Positions 27,397-37,286 of a stretch of DNA of 64,000 nt are shown here, in pieces. The position numbers and the translations under genes are program-made. The stretch lies in the NCBI GenBank assembly GCA_965227295.1, contig OZ245742.1:864001-928000 (forward strand). Direction: 5' to 3'. The notes beneath the pieces are model-generated. The model did not search any database and was not told where the DNA came from. It saw only the letters and a program-made list of their open reading frames with translations. How positions within the stretch are numbered: position 1 is the first letter of the stretch; the number at the start of each line of letters is the position of its first letter. This DNA comes from Leptonemataceae bacterium (lineage in GTDB: Bacteria; Spirochaetota; Leptospiria; Leptospirales; Leptonemataceae).

Positions 27397-28197
27397 CTAA
27401 TCCGACGTCCCATCGCCGACGATCAATTTTTTTATGGATTTGAGCCAGCGCGCGACCGTGTGCAGCGGCCCGGCCGAACGATGGGCGGCCAGGAACTGTT
27501 CCATGGCCGCGTTCACGAGTTCCGGTTCCTCGCCGTGAGGGCTGTGGCCGAGATGTCCGTAGCGAAGCAGGCGACTCCCGCGCAGATTCTCGCTGAGATA
27601 CTCCCCGGACGCCGACGTGCGCCACGGATCTTCGTCTCCGGCGATCAGAAAGATCGGCACCGGCGCATCCGTCGGTTGCGGCGCTCCGGCGTGACGCAGC
27701 GCCCGCAAATAGGCCAGGGCGGCCTGGCCGCGCAGGTTGGCCCGGGCCTCCCGGAGACGGGGTATCCAGGGTTCGCCCCGACCCGCGGGGTCGGCCAGCA
27801 TCGGGAACAACCAGTTCAGGAACGGCAGGGCGGTGGCGAACGCGGCGAGGCGACGAAACCGTTCCAGGCGATAGATCGGGCAGATGAGGATCAAGGCTGA
27901 GACATGCTGCGGATTCAAGGCCGCGTAGCGCAGGGCCAGCAGGGCGCCGACACCGTGAGCGACAATCGGCATGGGCAGTTCATGGCCGGCGAGAAACCTT
28001 CCCAGTTCGGTCAGGTTTAAGTCGACAGCGGGTTGACCGAACGGCAACTCAGGTCCGCCGGGATGCCCGGCCAGCCGATAATAAAGGCAATGATAGTGTC
28101 GCTCAAAGTAGGTAGCCTGGGTGGCCCAGTCTTCTTCCGGATTCGTATACCAATCGTGAACGAAAAGGAGCGGGCGGTCCGGCGGCGACTGGGTCAT
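27397..28197 (-). CDS. Alpha/beta hydrolase fold protein (nucleophile Ser replaced)
   Basis: Family pattern (LIAGDEDP, GHSPH), but the nucleophile elbow reads AHGVG. Confidence 0.75.
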   Translation of the reverse strand: MTQSPPDRPLLFVHDWYTNPEEDWATQATYFERHYHCLYYRLAGHPGGPELPFGQPAVDLNLTELGRFLAGHELPMPIVAHGVGALLALRYAALNPQHVSALILICPIYRLERFRRLAAFATALPFLNWLFPMLADPAGRGEPWIPRLREARANLRGQAALAYLRALRHAGAPQPTDAPVPIFLIAGDEDPWRTSASGEYLSENLRGSRLLRYGHLGHSPHGEEPELVNAAMEQFLAAHRSAGPLHTVARWLKSIKKLIVGDGTSD

Positions 28198-28271
28198 GGG
28201 CCTGGGCTTTCATGTACTCGAAGCGGTACGTGGATGCGATCATCAGGATGGATGACGCAAGTGAGCGACTG

Positions 28272-28344
<73 letters not shown>

Positions 28345-28356
28345 GGTCGTCCGGGT

Positions 28357-28384
28357 AGAATTTTTGGAGGCCCCGGTTTGTCAA
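28357..28384 (-). promoter_or_regulatory. Putative sigma70 promoter for tRNA-Ala
   Basis: Perfect TTGACA, 16-nt spacer, then AATTCT just upstream of the tRNA. Confidence 0.5.
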
Positions 28385-28496
28385 TTGAATTGCGTATGAT
28401 GCAGACCGGTGTGCCGGAATCTACATTCGCCGGCTAACGACTGTCCCTGTAAAACTGCTTGAACCGGGTAGGTTCAGGTCTAAAAAAGTAACTAAT

Positions 28497-29855
28497 TTGG
28501 ATCTTACGGTACTTATCGCGGTCGCCTTCCTGGTGCTGCTCCTCGCGGCGGCCGGGTACTATGTGTACCTGTCCATGGCCGGCCCCCGCAAGATTGAAGA
28601 GATCGAGCGGCTCATCAAACAGAACCGCATTCGCGAAGCCCTCTTCGAACTGGAGAAGGTACTGGAGCGCGACGACCGCAACATGCGGGCGCACTTTCTC
28701 GCGGCACGCTGTCACCTGCGCAACAACGCCGCCGGTAAAGCCATCCTCTCGCTCCGCCAGTGCCTTAAGATTGCGAAGTACTCGCCCGAGGTCAGCGAAG
28801 CCGCCGTGCGCCGCCTCCTCGCCCAGTGTCTGGTGGCCATGGGCAATCATTCCGAGGCCAAGAACGAGTACCTCATCCTCACGCAATTAGAGCCGACCGT
28901 CTACGAGCACTTCTATCACGTCGGTGAGATCTTCTTTCGCGCCGGCGTCCACGTGAAGGCGTTGCAGTTCTTAAAAAAAGCAGTGTCGCTCAACCCGAAG
29001 CATGCGGACTCGCTGGCCCTGGTCGGCCAGTGCGAGTACCATCAAAATGCGTATCAGGAAGCGAAGCAGGCCCTGGCCCAGGCCGTGCAGCTCAAGCCCG
29101 ATCACACGGTAGCGCACTACTTCCTCGGACTCACGTTGCGCTACCTCGGTGACGCCGAGTGGGCGGTCAAAGAATTTGAAAAGGCCGAGAAAGACGACGG
29201 CCTCAAAGAAAAAGCCATCCTCGCCAAGGGCATGGCACTCATCGATCTCGAAGCGTATCCGCGCGCGATTATGGAACTACAGCGCGGGCTGAAGCTAACG
29301 AAAGTCGGCTCCGAAACGATGATCAACATGAACTATCTGCTGGCGCTGGCGGCGGAGCGCACCCGGGATCTGGGCACGGCCATTCAACACTGGGAAATCA
29401 TCGAAAAACTGCGGCCTGGTTACCGCGACGTACGGGATAAGCTCAAGCAGTACTCGGAGTTTCGAACCGACGACGTCATCAAAGACTTCATGATCGCCAA
29501 CCGCGAGCAGTTCGAAGAGACGGGACGTTCCATGCTGGAAGGCCTGGGCTACAGCATCAGCGCGTGCAGCGTACTCAACGACACTTCCATGGAAGCGCTG
29601 GTCTACGACAACGACGGCAACAAACGCAATCTTCGTAAGTTCTACACGCTGATCCATATCCAGCGAGACATGACGCCGCTCAACGAACGCAGCGTGCGCG
29701 ACTTTCACGAAAGCATGCGCGAAAAGAACGCGTCCCGGGGCATCATCATGACTACCGGCGACGTCATGCCCCAGGCCTCCAACTTTGCGTCTTCACGGCC
29801 CATCGATATTTACGACGCCGCCAAAACGGCGGAGGCGCTGAAAGCCGGGAGCTAG
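28497..29855 (+). CDS. Membrane-anchored TPR protein with C-terminal Mrr-like (restriction endonuclease fold) domain
   Basis: N-terminal TM; multiple TPRs; C-terminal FEE...L..LGY...VRDF...ASRGIIMTTG...A...PIDIYD pattern. Confidence 0.8.
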   Translation: MDLTVLIAVAFLVLLLAAAGYYVYLSMAGPRKIEEIERLIKQNRIREALFELEKVLERDDRNMRAHFLAARCHLRNNAAGKAILSLRQCLKIAKYSPEVSEAAVRRLLAQCLVAMGNHSEAKNEYLILTQLEPTVYEHFYHVGEIFFRAGVHVKALQFLKKAVSLNPKHADSLALVGQCEYHQNAYQEAKQALAQAVQLKPDHTVAHYFLGLTLRYLGDAEWAVKEFEKAEKDDGLKEKAILAKGMALIDLEAYPRAIMELQRGLKLTKVGSETMINMNYLLALAAERTRDLGTAIQHWEIIEKLRPGYRDVRDKLKQYSEFRTDDVIKDFMIANREQFEETGRSMLEGLGYSISACSVLNDTSMEALVYDNDGNKRNLRKFYTLIHIQRDMTPLNERSVRDFHESMREKNASRGIIMTTGDVMPQASNFASSRPIDIYDAAKTAEALKAGS

Positions 29856-29860
29856 GCACG

Positions 29861-32686
29861 ATGGCGGACACGGCATCCAACGAACCCCTGTTTCGCACCG
29901 CCGGCGGACGTCTGGTCCTGGGCCGCAACGAGGAGCTGAACTACATCCTCGAGATGGCCTTGGACGAAATCAAGAGTATGATCAAGGCGCGCCGCGCCGA
30001 TTTCTACTTCTTCCAGGATGAGAACACCCTCGTGCCGTTCAAGAGCGACGGCAGTCATCCCGGCCTGCGGAATCTCTGCAATTACTGCATTCGCGAACGC
30101 ACGTCGTATAACTTCCGCAAGCGCAAGGACGGCGGCCCCGGCGCGGTGGCCAGTTACCCCGAGGAAATTCAGGACCTCGACGAACCGGCCCTCTGCGTCT
30201 ACCTGGGCCTGCAAGAAGGCGAACTGGGCGCCATCGTACTCAGCGAACCGATCTTCTTCGAACACTTCTTCGAAGCCGACCTGAACCTGGTGAAAAACTT
30301 CGCCGCCACTTTTTCGATTCTGCTCCGCAACGGCTGGACCGATCAGCGCACGTCCGAAATTTATCTGAACTTTCGTTCGTCACTGTTGTTGCTCCTGGAC
30401 AACGCGCATCTCAATCAAAAGATCAAGAACGCCGATTACCGGCTGAACACGGTCCTCGAAGTCTCGAACTTAATCAACTCCTCGCGCGAACTGAACGAGA
30501 TGATTCAGGCCGTGCTCTACAGTTGTCGCCGCGTACTGCGCGCGCAATCCGCTTCGATGTTCCTGGTGGATGAAGAAACGGGCGAGCTTTACTTCGACAT
30601 CGTCACCGGCAAAGAAGGCGAGACCCTCAAGGGCTTTCGCATCCCGCCGGGCCAGGGCATCGTCGGCCTGTGCGCCAGAGAAAAACGATCCATCGTCGTC
30701 AACGACGCCCAGAACGATCCGCGCATCTATCGCGTGGTCGACGAGTTCGCGCACAACATCACGCGCAACCTCATGGCCGCCCCGCTCATGGTCAACGACC
30801 GCTGCATCGGCGTACTCGAAGTCATCAACACCATCGACCGTTCGTACTTTAACGAGAGCGACCTGGAACTCTTTGAAAGTCTTTCGGATTCCGTGGCCAT
30901 CGCCATCCAGCGCCGCATGCTGCTCGACGCGGTCGAAGGACAGAACCTCGAACTGGAACGCAAACTGCGTGAGACCACCACGCTGCACGCCGTAACGCGC
31001 GCCCTGGTCGAAGTCAGCTCCGCTCACGATCTCTTTCAACGCGTCCTGGAAACGATCTACGAGAACATGCACATCCAGCGTTTGTCGGTGATGCTCTTTG
31101 ATCCGCGCAACGATGCGCTGTCCGTGGAAGCCATCGTCGGCCGGCGCTCCGGCAAAGAAGAACCCGGCGTACCCGAACGCGACGGTCGGCCGGCCGACGC
31201 CGAGCGCAGCCTGGCGCGTTACGTTTTTGATCGCAACGAGCCGTTGTTCATCAAGGACCTGTCGCAGCACAAGGAACTGCTGGAGTACTGCACGCCGGGT
31301 CGCTATGCCACGAACACGTTCATTCTCATTCCCCTCACCGGTTCACGGAACGAGAATCCTTACGGTGTCCTCTGCGCCACGGATCCGAGCCTCGACGTCT
31401 TTCTCGAAGAAGATTTTCCGTTGCTTTCGACGATCGCTTCGCAGGTGGTCCGGGGCTACGAGAACTGGCTGTTGAACCAGGAATCCATGGCGAAGAAAGC
31501 CATGGAAAAGGAAGTGGAGATCACTTCGCGCATCCAGAAGAACATTCTACCGTCTTCGATTCCGGAACACATGCACGTCGAACTGGGCGCCCGCTCGGTC
31601 ATGGCCCGGACCACCGGCGGCGACTTCTACGATTACCACGTGCACTCGGACAACGGCCCTATTACCCTGCTCGTCGCCGACGTCTCCGGCAAGTCACTGC
31701 CCGCCGCGATCTTCATGGCCATGTCGTCCTCGATTCTCCGTACCATCATTCGTACGGAAACGGATCCGGTGCAGATCTTAACGAAAGCGAACGATCTTAT
31801 CTACGAAGAATCCCAGTCCGGTATGTTCGTGACCGTCTTTCTGGCGCGCTTCGATCCGCATACCGGACTCTTGCGCTACGCGTCCGCCGGCCACAACGAG
31901 ATGCTGCTCCTGCACAGCGACAGCAGCTACGAGATGCTTTCCGGCCGCGGTCATCCCCTGGGCGTGCTGCCGTCCCACCGACAGAAGTACATGGGCGGCG
32001 AACGCAAAATCCAGGGAGACGATCTGCTGGTTCTCTACACTGACGGCGTCTCCGAGGCCATGAATTCCCGCAACGAACAGTTCGGACTGGAGCCCTTCAT
32101 TAATCTGGTCCGTCACAACAAAGAGCGCAAGCCCGGTGAGATCATCCAGACGGTCTATCGGGAAGTCCTCCAGTTCAGCGGCTCGGACCTGCAGACCGAC
32201 GACTTCACCATGCTCGTCTCGCGCTTTCAGGGCACGCTGGAGGGCAGCCGGCGCTATCACATCGAACTCCCGGCGCACAAAGCGAGCATTCCGGCGCTCC
32301 GCGATCAGCTCATGCAAATTTGCATTCGCCACGGGCTTTTCGGCGACGAACTGGACGATATCCTGCTCGTGTCGGACGAGGCCGCCACGAATATCGTGGT
32401 CCACGCCTACGCGGACAGCGAGCTTCCGGACCCCCGGTTCGAATGTGATTTACAAATAGAATCGCACAATTATGTTCGCATAAATTTCCGGGATCGGGGT
32501 CGCCCCTTCCGCATGGACCAGGTCCAGCAGCCGGATGTCAGGCAGAATCTCGCGGGAAAACGCAAAGGCGGATTCGGTGTGTATCTCATTAAGTCACTCA
32601 TGACTCGCGTGGAGTATCGCCGGGAAGACGGCGTCAATTATCTGAGCGCCGAAAAGGACTTACAGCGAACCCATCAGTACCGGTAA
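29861..32686 (+). CDS. Multi-GAF + SpoIIE/PP2C phosphatase + RsbW-like HATPase fusion
   Basis: GAF domains; GGDFYD, ADVSGK, YTDG and DDFT; C-terminal EAATNIVVHAY, DRG and GGFGVYLI. Confidence 0.9.
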   Translation: MADTASNEPLFRTAGGRLVLGRNEELNYILEMALDEIKSMIKARRADFYFFQDENTLVPFKSDGSHPGLRNLCNYCIRERTSYNFRKRKDGGPGAVASYPEEIQDLDEPALCVYLGLQEGELGAIVLSEPIFFEHFFEADLNLVKNFAATFSILLRNGWTDQRTSEIYLNFRSSLLLLLDNAHLNQKIKNADYRLNTVLEVSNLINSSRELNEMIQAVLYSCRRVLRAQSASMFLVDEETGELYFDIVTGKEGETLKGFRIPPGQGIVGLCAREKRSIVVNDAQNDPRIYRVVDEFAHNITRNLMAAPLMVNDRCIGVLEVINTIDRSYFNESDLELFESLSDSVAIAIQRRMLLDAVEGQNLELERKLRETTTLHAVTRALVEVSSAHDLFQRVLETIYENMHIQRLSVMLFDPRNDALSVEAIVGRRSGKEEPGVPERDGRPADAERSLARYVFDRNEPLFIKDLSQHKELLEYCTPGRYATNTFILIPLTGSRNENPYGVLCATDPSLDVFLEEDFPLLSTIASQVVRGYENWLLNQESMAKKAMEKEVEITSRIQKNILPSSIPEHMHVELGARSVMARTTGGDFYDYHVHSDNGPITLLVADVSGKSLPAAIFMAMSSSILRTIIRTETDPVQILTKANDLIYEESQSGMFVTVFLARFDPHTGLLRYASAGHNEMLLLHSDSSYEMLSGRGHPLGVLPSHRQKYMGGERKIQGDDLLVLYTDGVSEAMNSRNEQFGLEPFINLVRHNKERKPGEIIQTVYREVLQFSGSDLQTDDFTMLVSRFQGTLEGSRRYHIELPAHKASIPALRDQLMQICIRHGLFGDELDDILLVSDEAATNIVVHAYADSELPDPRFECDLQIESHNYVRINFRDRGRPFRMDQVQQPDVRQNLAGKRKGGFGVYLIKSLMTRVEYRREDGVNYLSAEKDLQRTHQYR

Positions 32687-32748
32687 GAAATTTATCCTAA
32701 TTACGTTAGCAATTTTTAAGCAAGCAGCAATTACGAGGAAGAAGGCAC

Positions 32749-33081
32749 ATGAGTCTGAATGTCAAAGAAACGGACAAATACCTGGTAGTCGGTCTGTCCG
32801 GACGCATGGACGTACACCTCGCTTCCGACACCGAAAACAAACTGAACGATCTCATCAAAAAGAATGCCGACAAGAACGTCATTCTGAACCTCGAAGACGT
32901 CGAGTACATGTCGTCCTCGGGCCTGCGGGTCTTCGTGTCCCTTATGCGAAACCTGAAGGAGTCCAATCGCGAGCTGAAGCTCTCCAACCTCTCGGTGGCG
33001 GTTCGTAAGGTTTTCGAAGTTGTCGAGCTGATGGATATGTTCGATATCTACGAGTCGGAAGAAGAGGCCCTCGCGTCCTGA
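32749..33081 (+). CDS. STAS-domain anti-sigma factor antagonist (RsbV/SpoIIAA-like)
   Basis: LSGRMD, LNLEDVEYMSSSGLR and VRKVFE motifs. Confidence 0.92.
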   Translation: MSLNVKETDKYLVVGLSGRMDVHLASDTENKLNDLIKKNADKNVILNLEDVEYMSSSGLRVFVSLMRNLKESNRELKLSNLSVAVRKVFEVVELMDMFDIYESEEEALAS

Positions 33082-33100
33082 ACCGGTAGCAGCACCATCA

Positions 33101-35620
33101 ATGGTACCATCCCTCCGGAGGCGGATCATAAGCCGGATCGGTCGCCTCTTCGGGCTGCACCCCGATGTCAGCGGTCTAATTTCCGGCGCGTTCCGGCTCG
33201 TAAATCCCAAGAACTCCGCGCTGCCGACGGAAAACCTGCCGTTGGTTTCGCGCGTCATCGCTTCGGGTCTCTGGAACTACAGCTTCTTCCAGTTCTATCC
33301 CAACTTTTCCCGGCCGTTCTGGGCGGAGCGTCAGTACGACGTCGGCGATCCGGCGTACCTGCCGCGAGCCGGCTCGCCCATCTCCGTAAATCTTACGCAT
33401 CGAACCTGGATGGGACTCCGCTCGCCTTCAGGAACGTCCTTCGGCCTCGTCGATCCGGCGGGCAGTCTTTCCCCGGTGATCGGATACTACAGCATCGAGA
33501 TGGGCCTCCTGGAACGCCGACCGGACGGCGATCACCTCAGCCTGGCCGTTAAGAAGAACGATTTTGAAGTTAAGCAGGAACTCGTGCGTCATCTTCCGGT
33601 ACCGCGCACGATCTATCGCAGTGAGAACCTGCGTGTAAGGTGGACCGTCGCCGGCAGCTCGGACAATCCGAATGTTTTGCTCTCGTCGTTGCAGTATCGC
33701 TACGAGGGCAAACACCAGGCCTGGCTCGTTCTCGGCATTCGCCCGTTCAATCCCGAGGGACCGGCGTCGCTGGCACGCATTCGTTATACTCCGGGCGACG
33801 CCGCCCTGGGCGGCGGCATCGTCGAACTGAACGGTCTGCGCGAACTCAAGCTCCTCACGACACCGGATCGCGTGTTGCTTTCGAACCTCGCACAGGGCGA
33901 TGCATATTACCACGGCTCGGAACTGCGCCACATCGACTGCGACATGGGTGTGGCAACGGCGGCTCTGCTCTTTCCGCTCGACCGCAATACGAAAGGCGAG
34001 GTCGCGTTCATTGCACGATCCTACGAACGCGAGATACTGTCCAGCACCGACGAGCAACTCATCCGCACGCTCTTACAGGACAGCGGCACCGTAAAAAGAA
34101 AACGCGCGGCAAAACTTCGCGAAAACCTGAAGTACATGAGCGAGTATCGAGTGCGCCGAAAAACCAAGCGCCTCAAGAACCTGGATACGGCGGCGGTCTT
34201 CGATCCGCACGGCAGCGTAATCTTAAAAACGGCGACGGTTTCCTCGGGCATCGGGCGCACGGTGCGCCGCTGGGAAGGCCTGCTGGATCGCGGGGCCGCT
34301 TTTCAGTGCGCGCGCAATTCCTGGACCGAGGCGGCGCAGGTTTTTTCCGGTCATTTACTGTCGTTGCAAACCGGCACGAGCATAACGCCCGGTGTCTTTA
34401 CGTATCGCCTGTTCTGGTTTCGCGACGCCGCCTTTATGCTGTCTTCGTTGCTGGCCTGGAACTTCGTCGAAGAAACGGACCGCGTCATTCATACGTACTC
34501 CAACCGCATCGACCGGCGCGGTTTCTTTCGTTCGCAGGAAGGCGAATGGGATTCCAACGGCCAGGCCCTGTGGACGCTCGCGGAGTACGCCCGGCACACC
34601 GGCGCGCATAAGTTTCTGCGTAAGATCTTCCCGCTGATGGTTAAGGGCTCAGACTGGATCCTGCGCAAGCGCCGCGAAGGTTACGAGCACCGCCTTATGC
34701 CTTCGGGTTTTTCCGCCGAACACCTGGGCCCGGCGGACTTCTATTATTGGGACAACCTCTGGTCCATCGGCGGCCTGGAACGCACGGTGGAAATCGCGCG
34801 GCGTTTCGGCGAAACGAAGACCGCGTCCCGGCTCGCCGAGGGCCTGGAGTACTATCGCAAAGACATACTGGAACTTTCCGCCGAAGACCGGCGCCGCCTC
34901 GGAATCCTGCCGGCGGCTCCCGGTCGCGGCATCGACGGCGGCATCATCGGCAGCGTGTGTTTGCTGTATCCTCTGGAACTCAAGCTCTTTCCGGAAGATG
35001 AGGTGCGTCGGACCATCGAAACAATCTACACGCATTTTTTTCCGGAAGGGCTGTTCTATCAGCCCGTCATTCACTCGGGCTACAACATCTATCTTTCGAT
35101 CCAGGTGGCGCAGTGTTTCTTTCGCCTGGGCAACATCGATCGCGCGCGAGAAATTCTAAAAACCGTGCTGCGGCGCCGCACGGACCTGTGGACGTATCCG
35201 GAAGCCGTGCATCCGCGCACCGGCGGCGGCGTAATGGGCGACGGCTACCACGGCTGGGCCTTCGCCGAAATACTCATGCTGCTGCGCGTGTTCGCCGCCT
35301 ACCGTCGCGACACCACGCTGGAGATTTTTTCCGGCCTGCGCAAGCGCGAACTCTTCGGCGGGCCACTCAAGTTCGGCCCGTTCCCCATGGACGGCAGCAA
35401 ACTGTCTATGAGTGGAAGTTTGTCCGAGAAAAGCGGCGAACTCATGATCGAGTATCCGGACGTATCCGCGACCGGCGCCGAACGCCTCCATGTGCACCTG
35501 CCGCTGGAACCCCGGGTTCTGGGCAGCATCCGTGTGGAAGGCGCCCGGGTGATCGGCGGCGAAGATCGCTTGCTGAAACTCGGCGATCTCAGTGACCGCA
35601 TTCGGCTTAAGTACGGCTGA
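33101..35620 (+). CDS. Six-hairpin (alpha/alpha)6 glycoside hydrolase-like protein
   Basis: FWFRDAAF, GEWDSNGQALW, SAEHLG, YWDN and GDGYHGWA patterns of GH15/GH63-like barrels; family not resolved. Confidence 0.65.
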   Translation: MVPSLRRRIISRIGRLFGLHPDVSGLISGAFRLVNPKNSALPTENLPLVSRVIASGLWNYSFFQFYPNFSRPFWAERQYDVGDPAYLPRAGSPISVNLTHRTWMGLRSPSGTSFGLVDPAGSLSPVIGYYSIEMGLLERRPDGDHLSLAVKKNDFEVKQELVRHLPVPRTIYRSENLRVRWTVAGSSDNPNVLLSSLQYRYEGKHQAWLVLGIRPFNPEGPASLARIRYTPGDAALGGGIVELNGLRELKLLTTPDRVLLSNLAQGDAYYHGSELRHIDCDMGVATAALLFPLDRNTKGEVAFIARSYEREILSSTDEQLIRTLLQDSGTVKRKRAAKLRENLKYMSEYRVRRKTKRLKNLDTAAVFDPHGSVILKTATVSSGIGRTVRRWEGLLDRGAAFQCARNSWTEAAQVFSGHLLSLQTGTSITPGVFTYRLFWFRDAAFMLSSLLAWNFVEETDRVIHTYSNRIDRRGFFRSQEGEWDSNGQALWTLAEYARHTGAHKFLRKIFPLMVKGSDWILRKRREGYEHRLMPSGFSAEHLGPADFYYWDNLWSIGGLERTVEIARRFGETKTASRLAEGLEYYRKDILELSAEDRRRLGILPAAPGRGIDGGIIGSVCLLYPLELKLFPEDEVRRTIETIYTHFFPEGLFYQPVIHSGYNIYLSIQVAQCFFRLGNIDRAREILKTVLRRRTDLWTYPEAVHPRTGGGVMGDGYHGWAFAEILMLLRVFAAYRRDTTLEIFSGLRKRELFGGPLKFGPFPMDGSKLSMSGSLSEKSGELMIEYPDVSATGAERLHVHLPLEPRVLGSIRVEGARVIGGEDRLLKLGDLSDRIRLKYG

Positions 35621-35643
35621 CTGTACTTTAACCGGAAACAGAC

Positions 35644-35865
35644 ATGCGCGAATACATCGTCGCCTACAACTTCAAGAATGCCCGCGGCCAGGCCGGTCTG
35701 GGTTACGTGGAATGGACCGCATCCCACGGCCTCCGCGATCAGGCCGAACACGCCGGCTTTGATTCGATCACGCGCTACGTCGTAAACTTGATCGAACAGA
35801 AGGCCGAGGACTTTGCACCCGGAAGCATTGTGCCGATCAACATCCAGCGACTGGATGAGCTATAG
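35644..35865 (+). CDS. Small hypothetical protein
   Basis: 73-aa ORF that fills the gap, with host-like codon usage. Confidence 0.6.
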   Translation: MREYIVAYNFKNARGQAGLGYVEWTASHGLRDQAEHAGFDSITRYVVNLIEQKAEDFAPGSIVPINIQRLDEL

Positions 35866-35879
35866 GCGCGAAGCCGCAC

Positions 35880-36878
35880 CTACCGAACAAAACCTTCCAG
35901 TTCGCGGCTCAGTTTCTCTTCCAGGTCGCGAATGCGCTTGTAAAGCAACACCCGTTGATTGCGGATGTCAAAGCGCAGCGAGGCCTCGTCGTTCGCCAAC
36001 AGGATCGTCGGTTTACCCCGACCCCAGGCATAGCCCACTTCCAGGTAGACGTTCGGACTGGCGTCACTGACGTCCGCGATCACCACCCGCGCCGAATCGA
36101 TGGACGCCTTGATGCGATCAAGAATGTCCCCGGTAAATGCGCTCTGATCCACGCGTTCGCACAACAGCCCGCTGCGATGCACCGGCGGTTCGATGCCGTA
36201 ATGAAATACGTCGTCGTACTCTTCGCGAAAAGGCATGGCAACAAAGGCGTGCGGCTTCGGTTCCTCCGCCGTGGAACCAAGCAGTTGCGCAAAGGAATCG
36301 CGGCCGGCGTCGCTGCGTGGGATCTCGTAGGTCCAGGGCGATTCGTTTCGCGAAAACTTGCTGTCTTTCAGATAAGCGTCGATGTGATCCTGCAATCGCT
36401 GAGCACGCTTGCGCTGGAACTCGACGATCGTAATTTCTTCGAGGGAAGGCGCGACGCGATGTTCGCGCACGGCGTCGACGATACCTTTGAACTGAGCCAC
36501 GGCGGACTCGCCTTCATCGAGGCCGTACCCCGCCCCGTGCAACGTCATGATCACACGTTTCGCTTTCGGGAGTTCGTCGCGCAGGATTTCCAGAGCGCGA
36601 ACGGTAAACGCGCGAATCTCGGAGTACCGAAACTGACCCAGGCGCGGCGTGCCGATATAAAGAGCATGCTCTGCACGGATGGCGCCGCGTGTGTCCACCA
36701 CGGCATGGCGATCCACCGGGACCGTGAGCGTTTCTTCAGAGATACCGCGAGCGGTGAGCGCGTCCTTGACCTGCTTATCCGCACCGTGAAAAGTGCGGGC
36801 GAACTTGAGCACCGCCGCATCCGCCTGGGCCTCGAGAATGTTTGCGAATTCAATACGAAAGCGAATGCTCACGGACAT
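35880..36878 (-). CDS. Macro-like domain fused to nucleoside 2-deoxyribosyltransferase-like domain
   Basis: N-terminal macro pattern (ANILEAQADAAV, HALYIGTP, TLHGAGYG, LEEITIVE); C-terminal FVAMPF...IADVS..SPNVYLEVGYAWGRGKP...FDI. Confidence 0.7.
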   Translation of the reverse strand: MSVSIRFRIEFANILEAQADAAVLKFARTFHGADKQVKDALTARGISEETLTVPVDRHAVVDTRGAIRAEHALYIGTPRLGQFRYSEIRAFTVRALEILRDELPKAKRVIMTLHGAGYGLDEGESAVAQFKGIVDAVREHRVAPSLEEITIVEFQRKRAQRLQDHIDAYLKDSKFSRNESPWTYEIPRSDAGRDSFAQLLGSTAEEPKPHAFVAMPFREEYDDVFHYGIEPPVHRSGLLCERVDQSAFTGDILDRIKASIDSARVVIADVSDASPNVYLEVGYAWGRGKPTILLANDEASLRFDIRNQRVLLYKRIRDLEEKLSRELEGFVR

Positions 36879-37201
36879 TAGAGGCGCTTGTGTGCGGTGA
36901 TATGTTTCTTGAACTCGGCGCTACCAAAGCTCGCGTCCACCCGAATGATTTCCGGCGCCCGATACGGATGGTTTTCCATAATGAACTTTTCGATGTCTTC
37001 GTAGTAACCGTCGCGGGCCTTCATCATGAGCTTGAACTCTTCATCCAGGTGGATCTCACCTTCCCAGAGAAAGACCGTTTTCACCGGATAATACGTGCCG
37101 CTTAATATCAAGCCTTCGTGCAGAAGATTTACGAGCATCTCCTGGGCGAGGTCTTCTTCGTTTACGGCGGTGAATAGTATAAGTTCGTCGGTGGCGGCCA
37201 T
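36878..37201 (-). CDS. cutA: Divalent-cation tolerance protein CutA
   Basis: V.TVFLWEGEI..DEE and HPYRAPEII motifs. Confidence 0.85.
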   Translation of the reverse strand: MAATDELILFTAVNEEDLAQEMLVNLLHEGLILSGTYYPVKTVFLWEGEIHLDEEFKLMMKARDGYYEDIEKFIMENHPYRAPEIIRVDASFGSAEFKKHITAHKRL

Positions 37202-37286
37202 GCAGACATCCTCTGGAAACGCGCGGGATCGCTAACGTTTTCCTAACATTGCCGTGCGCGCGACCGGCGGGCGTCAATGACTTTTA

